DNA of 64,000 nucleotides from Lingula anatina (taxonomy: Eukaryota; Animalia; Brachiopoda). The stretch is taken from assembly GCA_051362555.1 (NCBI GenBank), contig CM120645.1, forward strand, positions 9,176,001 to 9,240,000. The letters are read 5' to 3'. The notes beneath the pieces were generated by a model. That model had not been told where the DNA came from. It saw only the letters and a program-made list of their open reading frames with translations, and did no database searches. Position numbers and translations under genes: made by a program. Below, in pieces: positions 63,801-64,000 of this stretch (within the stretch, counting starts at the first letter, position 1; each line of letters opens with the position of its first letter).

Positions 63801-63816
63801 CTTACCCAAAACTCAT
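49570..63816 (-). CDS. CCDC66: Coiled-coil domain-containing protein 66 orthologue (centriolar satellite/ciliary microtubule-associated protein), 1,482 aa
   Basis: Exons: 63806-63816, 63298-63362, 62976-63004, 62432-62819, 61717-62146, 60446-61356, 60043-60143, 58716-58925, 58370-58442, 57979-58148, 57661-57731, 57190-57277, 56618-56779, 56049-56193, 55574-55801, 55137-55247, 53787-54862, 53163-53249, 49570-49662 (4,449 nt, open to TAA). Motifs matching human CCDC66 as recalled: MSFG..RFETSEQGGK (MNLG..KLETELLDGK), LTQDQLNAIL (LTQDQLQQIL), RKRQLEHQRSIQAQVEEK (QKQLEHQKAITAQVEEK), KGGHDISNL (KGHDTSRL), FVPFTRT (FVPYVRT), DPILNP (DPLLNP), GLLQRQREIES (GLLQKQKELES). Confidence 0.88.
55137..60143 (-). 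CDS. CCDC66: CCDC66 exons 7-16 (CSPP1-like motif, polyQ, coiled-coil CCDC66 domain)
   Basis: YSPWGKPGAGAPIR; KRRWLEELDKQ; QLEHQRSIQAQVEEKQRLKREALERQRIEEEEEERRV. Confidence 0.85.
58780..58878 (-). repeat. CAA/CAG polyglutamine tract in CCDC66 exon 8
   Basis: LQQQQQSQQQQQQLQQQQLQQQQQLQQQQQVQQLQ. Confidence 0.9.
60446..62819 (-). CDS. CCDC66: CCDC66 exons 4-6 (62432-62819, 61717-62146, 60446-61356)
   Basis: ORFs of 175, 101 and 272 aa bounded by canonical splice sites; LTQDQL motif; repeated KAELKRxQWE. Confidence 0.8.
62976..63816 (-). CDS. CCDC66: CCDC66 exons 1-3 (63806-63816, 63298-63362, 62976-63004)
   Basis: ATG AGT TTT GG/gtaagt joined to VATRFETSEQGGKPAIFWQQQ and GAAASKKHKK; phases 2, 1, 0 fit. 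Confidence 0.7.
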
Positions 63817-63888
63817 TTTAATTTACGTTCACATGACAAAGTAATATAGTACTCCAATCAATTCTCCGATGAGCTATTTGATTTACGC

Positions 63889-63906
63889 ACGGTTGCCAGA
63901 GAATTT
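63889..63906. promoter_or_regulatory. Candidate RFX X-box-like site in the CCDC66 promoter
   Basis: GTTGCCAGAGAAT about 80 bp upstream of the ATG in a CpG-enriched region; RFX regulates ciliary genes; only the first half-site matches well. Confidence 0.3.
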
Positions 63907-64000
63907 CACGCATGTGCAGTGTACTGTTTTGGTTATTTACTTACAGATGGCAGCACGCGGAGTAGAAAACTTAACAAGATAAGCCCAAACCAATTTCACC

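Overview
AT-rich, intron-rich animal genomic DNA, most likely a marine invertebrate; a lophotrochozoan such as a mollusc is inferred from the repeat types, and the taxon cannot be proven from this window. It is not prokaryotic. I reconstructed three multi-exon genes by hand, all on the minus strand with phase-compatible GT-AG junctions. (1) 364-27891: a very large TASOR/FAM208-family HUSH scaffold gene (22 exons, about 3,150 aa) with a DUF3715 pseudo-PARP domain, a roughly 50-unit G-S-x-x-Q-L hexapeptide array, a SPOC-like domain and long low-complexity exons. It probably continues past the left edge. (2) 29920-40323: a secreted 524-aa properdin-like protein (signal peptide, TB/TSR0 domain, six TSP1 repeats) with an extra Ser-Gly/acidic/Tyr-rich tail. 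(3) 49570-63816: a complete CCDC66 orthologue (19 exons, 1,482 aa). TASOR and CCDC66 are also neighbours in the human genome, which suggests ancient microsynteny. Introns and the intergenic spacer carry several non-autonomous TIR elements/MITEs, palindromes, microsatellites and two minisatellites, one of which is built from an exon end plus its splice donor. I found no rRNA, tRNA or CRISPR array. All homology calls come from remembered motifs of the human proteins, not from database searches.
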